This document shows, piece by piece, positions 7,755 through 10,473 of a DNA stretch of 10,473 nucleotides; position 1 is the stretch's first letter, and every line of letters starts with the position of its first letter. The notes under the pieces were generated by a model. The model ran no database searches. It saw only the letters and a list, made by a program, of their open reading frames with translations, and was not told where the DNA came from. The DNA is from Giardia intestinalis. Its lineage: Eukaryota. Position numbers and translations under genes: made by a program. The stretch lies in NCBI GenBank assembly GCA_000002435.2, contig AACB03000009.1; one strand, given 5' to 3'.

Positions 7755-9203
7755 GGATCCATCCGCAGGTTCACCTACGGATACCTTGTTACGACTTCTC
7801 CTTCCTCCAGGCGCGGGGGCTCGCGGCCCTTCGCGCGTCCGGGGCGCTCGCCGCCGCGCCCAGTCGGTAGGAGCGACGGGCGGTGTGTACAAGGGGCAGG
7901 GACGCGTCCGGCGCGCGGTGGGGGCGGGCGCCTACAAGACATTCCTGGTGCGCGGGGGCGTTCCAGCCCGCGGTCCCGGCCACGGCGGGGGCTCCGCGCG
8001 TCCTCGCGGGCGCCGGCTGGCCCCGCCAGTGTAGCGCGCGTGCGGCCCAGGGCGTCTGAGGGCATCACAGACCTGCTATCGCCCCGCCGTCCTCCCGCTC
8101 GCGCGGGCCGTCCCGCGGCGCCCGCGGCCGGGGTCTCGCTCGTTGTCGCAATGGAGCAGACGGCTCGCGCCACGGGCTGGGAGCGGCCATGCACCACCGC
8201 CCGCGCGATCGCGAAAGCGCGCCCGGCTGTCGGTCCTCCGCGCGTCCGGGCCTGGTGAGGTGCGCGCGTTGAGTCAGATTGAGCCGCAGACTCCACGTCT
8301 GGTGGTACCCCTCCGTCAATGCCTTCAAGTTTCAGCCTTGCGGCCATACTCCCCCCAGAGCCCGGAGCCTCCCGGTTTCCCTGGGCGGCCGGCGGGACGC
8401 GCGCGCCGGCCGCGGGGCGGCACCGTTTACGGCCGGGAATACGGTGGTGTCTGATCGCCTTCTAGCCCCCGGCCTTCGCCCTTGATTGACAGAGGCGGTC
8501 TTGGCAGGCGCCTGCGCGGCCGGCGGTCTCGGCGGGATCATCCTGTTTCACCCGTCCCCGGCCGGTACCGGTGCCCCCGCCCGCTCTCCTCGGGGCTGCC
8601 GCGGCGCGCCGCGCCCGCTGCGCGGTCCCACGCGGCGGGTCCAACGGGCCTGCCTGGAGCGCTCCCGTTTCCTCGTGGCGGCGGGGGGCCAACTACGGGC
8701 GTTTCAACTGCAGCAGCGCCGCGCGACGCTCGCCGAGCTGGAATTACCGCGGCTGCTGGCACCAGACCTTGCCCTCGGCTCCGCGGCGGGGGCTGTGGGC
8801 CCGCCTCGCTCGCGCGCTCCCCGTCGCTGCCTCGCGCGCCGCGCATTGGGCAAGTTCCGCGCCTGCTGCCGTCCTTGGATGTGCGGGCCGTCTCGCAGGC
8901 CCGCTCTCCGGAGTCGAACCCTGATTCTCCGCCAGGCGTCGGGCCCTCGGCGCGCCGCGACCGCGCCGACCGGGTGATGCCCCGGAAGCCCGGGCGGGCC
9001 GTCGCTGCGTCACGCTGCTCGCCCGCGGGCGCCCGCCCTTGCGCGCACGTCTTGGCGCCGGGTTGCCAGCGGTGTCCGGCTAGCAGGGACCGCCGCGGGG
9101 GGTGCAACCGTTGTCCTGAGCCGTCCGCCGCGTCCCGGGTGAGCGGGCATGCATGGCTTCGTCCTTGGGGAGAGCGTCGCGCTCCGGCAGGATCGACCGG
9201 ATG
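7755..9203 (-). rRNA. Small-subunit (18S-type) rRNA, copy 2.
   Basis: Identical to 2192-3640 at offset 5563. The 5' end …GGATCGACCGGATG ends at 9203. Confidence 0.92.
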
Positions 9204-10473
9204 GCCGGGCGCGGGCGCCGCGGGCCGGGCGCCTCCCTGCGCGGGGGCCGCCGCCTGGCACGGGGGCCGCCCCCTCCGTGCCCATGCCGTGTCGGGGGTC
9301 CCCCCTATAGTGCCGGGCGGAGGCCGCCCCCCACAGCCCGGCCCGGGTCCGCCTGCACCACACTTTTTTGGATTCCCTTGGGGCCCTCTGCCCCCCTCCA
9401 AAAAACCGGCCCTCGCGAGATAAAGCACCTTGTCCTATATAGTGCGTGACAGAAGCCGCCCCCCACACACCCCCTGGAGTCCCCCTGCACCACATTTTTT
9501 TGAAATCCCTTGGGGGCGTCCGGGGGGCCGGGGGGCCGGTCCGCGGGGAGCGCCGGGGAGCCCGGGCGGACCCTGCAGGACTGCATATCACGGCAAACCC
9601 TCCTGTGCGGACCGCGTGTCCCGGGCTCCCTGCCGGTCGGGAGATCCGCGCCCCTCGTTCTCCGTCCACCGTGCCCCGGGGAGGCCCTTGACTGCAAAAC
9701 GATCGAATTGGAGGCTGACTGTGCATCCGGGCGCTCTGGGGGCCCTCTCCGGGGAGACCGCCCGAAACGGCTTCTCGCGGGGATCTCAGCAGCCGTGGCT
9801 ATATACGGTCCGTCTCTAACCTATATGATTGCTGGCAGCGGGAGGGCACTGCGTGGGGGGCGGCCCCCCGGAAGGGCGCGGTCCGAGGAGGGGCCCCCGA
9901 CCGGCCCTGGACCGACTGGGGCAGCCCCGGGTGCTGTGCGTGCGCCTGGCTGCAGCGGGGCCACGGGGGCGCAGGAGGCCGCAGGAGAGACCGGAGTGTT
10001 TACTGGCCCGGGGGATCGGCTGCTCTGGGCCGTCCGGGGGTCCTTCCGCGCTCTCCCCGCGGTCCCCCGGTCTCCTGCACCGGGCCTCCCCAGCGCCCGT
10101 CCCCGCACGTGGGCGTGTCTCCCGGTCGTGCGTGGCCTGCTGGAGGCGCTGGGCCTCCCTGCCGCCCTCTCTGTCTGGATCCCCCGGGCCGCCTCCCCCG
10201 GGCCCCCTGCGGTCCTGCGCCGCCCCCCTGCGCACACGGGCGTCTCTCTGTGCAAGGCAGACCCGGTGGTGGGCGTGCACTGCCCCCTGGCCACCCCTTG
10301 GGGCACCCTGCACTCCCTCAATCTTCTCTTTCCGCGCTCTGCCTGTCTGTCTGCCCCGCACCCCCCCAGAGCAAGTGGGCCGCGCGCCCCGCCCCGCGCT
10401 CTGCAGGCGCGTCCCTCAGGCGATCGCAGGGCTCTGCGCCGTACAGGAGCGCCGCGCCGGGTGGTCTCCCCGG
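9204..10473 (-). other. Intergenic spacer, copy 2, truncated by the window end. It contains the same subrepeats (9285-9363 and 9434-9516) and the same TATAGG motifs as copy 1.
   Basis: It aligns with 3641-4907 with three 1-bp insertions and one substitution. Confidence 0.6.

Larger units (their letters stand above)
5564..10473 (-). repeat. rDNA tandem repeat unit, copy 2. It is partial and ends in the IGS about 50-60 bp before the homologous unit boundary.
   Basis: Same as copy 1. The offset grows from 5563 to 5566 across the IGS because of three 1-bp insertions in copy 2. Confidence 0.9.

Noticed and set aside
1-10473. A prokaryotic interpretation: a high-GC actinobacterial rrn operon, or a CRISPR or other tandem-repeat array.
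   Set aside because: The motifs are eukaryote-type. The SSU 5' end is …GATCCTGCC…AAGCCATGCATG. The SSU 3' end lacks an anti-Shine-Dalgarno CCUCC tail. A 5.8S lies between SSU and LSU, and there is a eukaryote-type SRL context. The period is 5.56 kb with unique internal structure, not short repeat-spacer units.

Overview
The window holds about 1.9 head-to-tail copies of a compact eukaryotic rDNA unit, roughly 5.56 kb long and very GC-rich, with all rRNA genes on the minus strand. There are no credible protein-coding genes. The period is 5563 bp, seen as ORF and sequence identity between 6..200 and 5569..5763. It grows to 5566 bp by the end of the window because copy 2 carries three extra bases in the spacer.

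Reading left to right on the + strand, each unit runs in this order:
- LSU (28S-like) rRNA, reverse-complemented. It shows the sarcin-ricin loop as GTTCCTCTCGTACT at 5067-5080 and the motif GGGTAAAACTAACCTGTCTCACGACGGTCTAAACCCAGCTCACG, and its 5' end lies near ATATGCTTAAGTTCCGCCCGT at 1902-1922.
- A short ITS2.
- A 5.8S rRNA of about 139 nt.
- An ITS1 of about 41 nt.
- An SSU rRNA of about 1449 nt. Its 3' end is GGATCCATCCGCAGGTTCACCTAC at about 2192-2215. It also carries GAATTACCGCGGCTGCTGGCACC (the 515-region) and CCGTCAATGCCTTCAAGTTTCAGCC. Its 5' end is ...CATGCATGGCTTCGTCCTTGGGGAGAGCGTCGCGCTCCGGCAGGATCGACCGGATG, ending at 3640.
- An intergenic spacer (IGS) of about 1.2 kb.

The SSU 5' and 3' terminal sequences, the unit length and the extreme GC content match what I remember of the Giardia intestinalis (duodenalis) rDNA repeat, published as a 5566 bp unit. 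That attribution is from memory and should be confirmed by alignment.

Every ORF in the six-frame track lies on or antisense to rRNA or the spacer. They are artefacts of a sequence that is about three-quarters G+C, where stop codons are rare.

The only sequence of uncertain function is the IGS. It contains:
- an imperfect direct subrepeat of about 80 bp;
- four (A)TATAG(G)-type motifs on the transcribed strand upstream of the SSU, which are candidate Pol I initiators;
- small AT-rich islands;
- a G-quadruplex-type G-run cluster;
- a pyrimidine-rich tract just past the LSU 3' end;
- the only differences between the two copies, which are three 1-bp indels and one T/C substitution.

I found no novel protein-based system and do not claim one.
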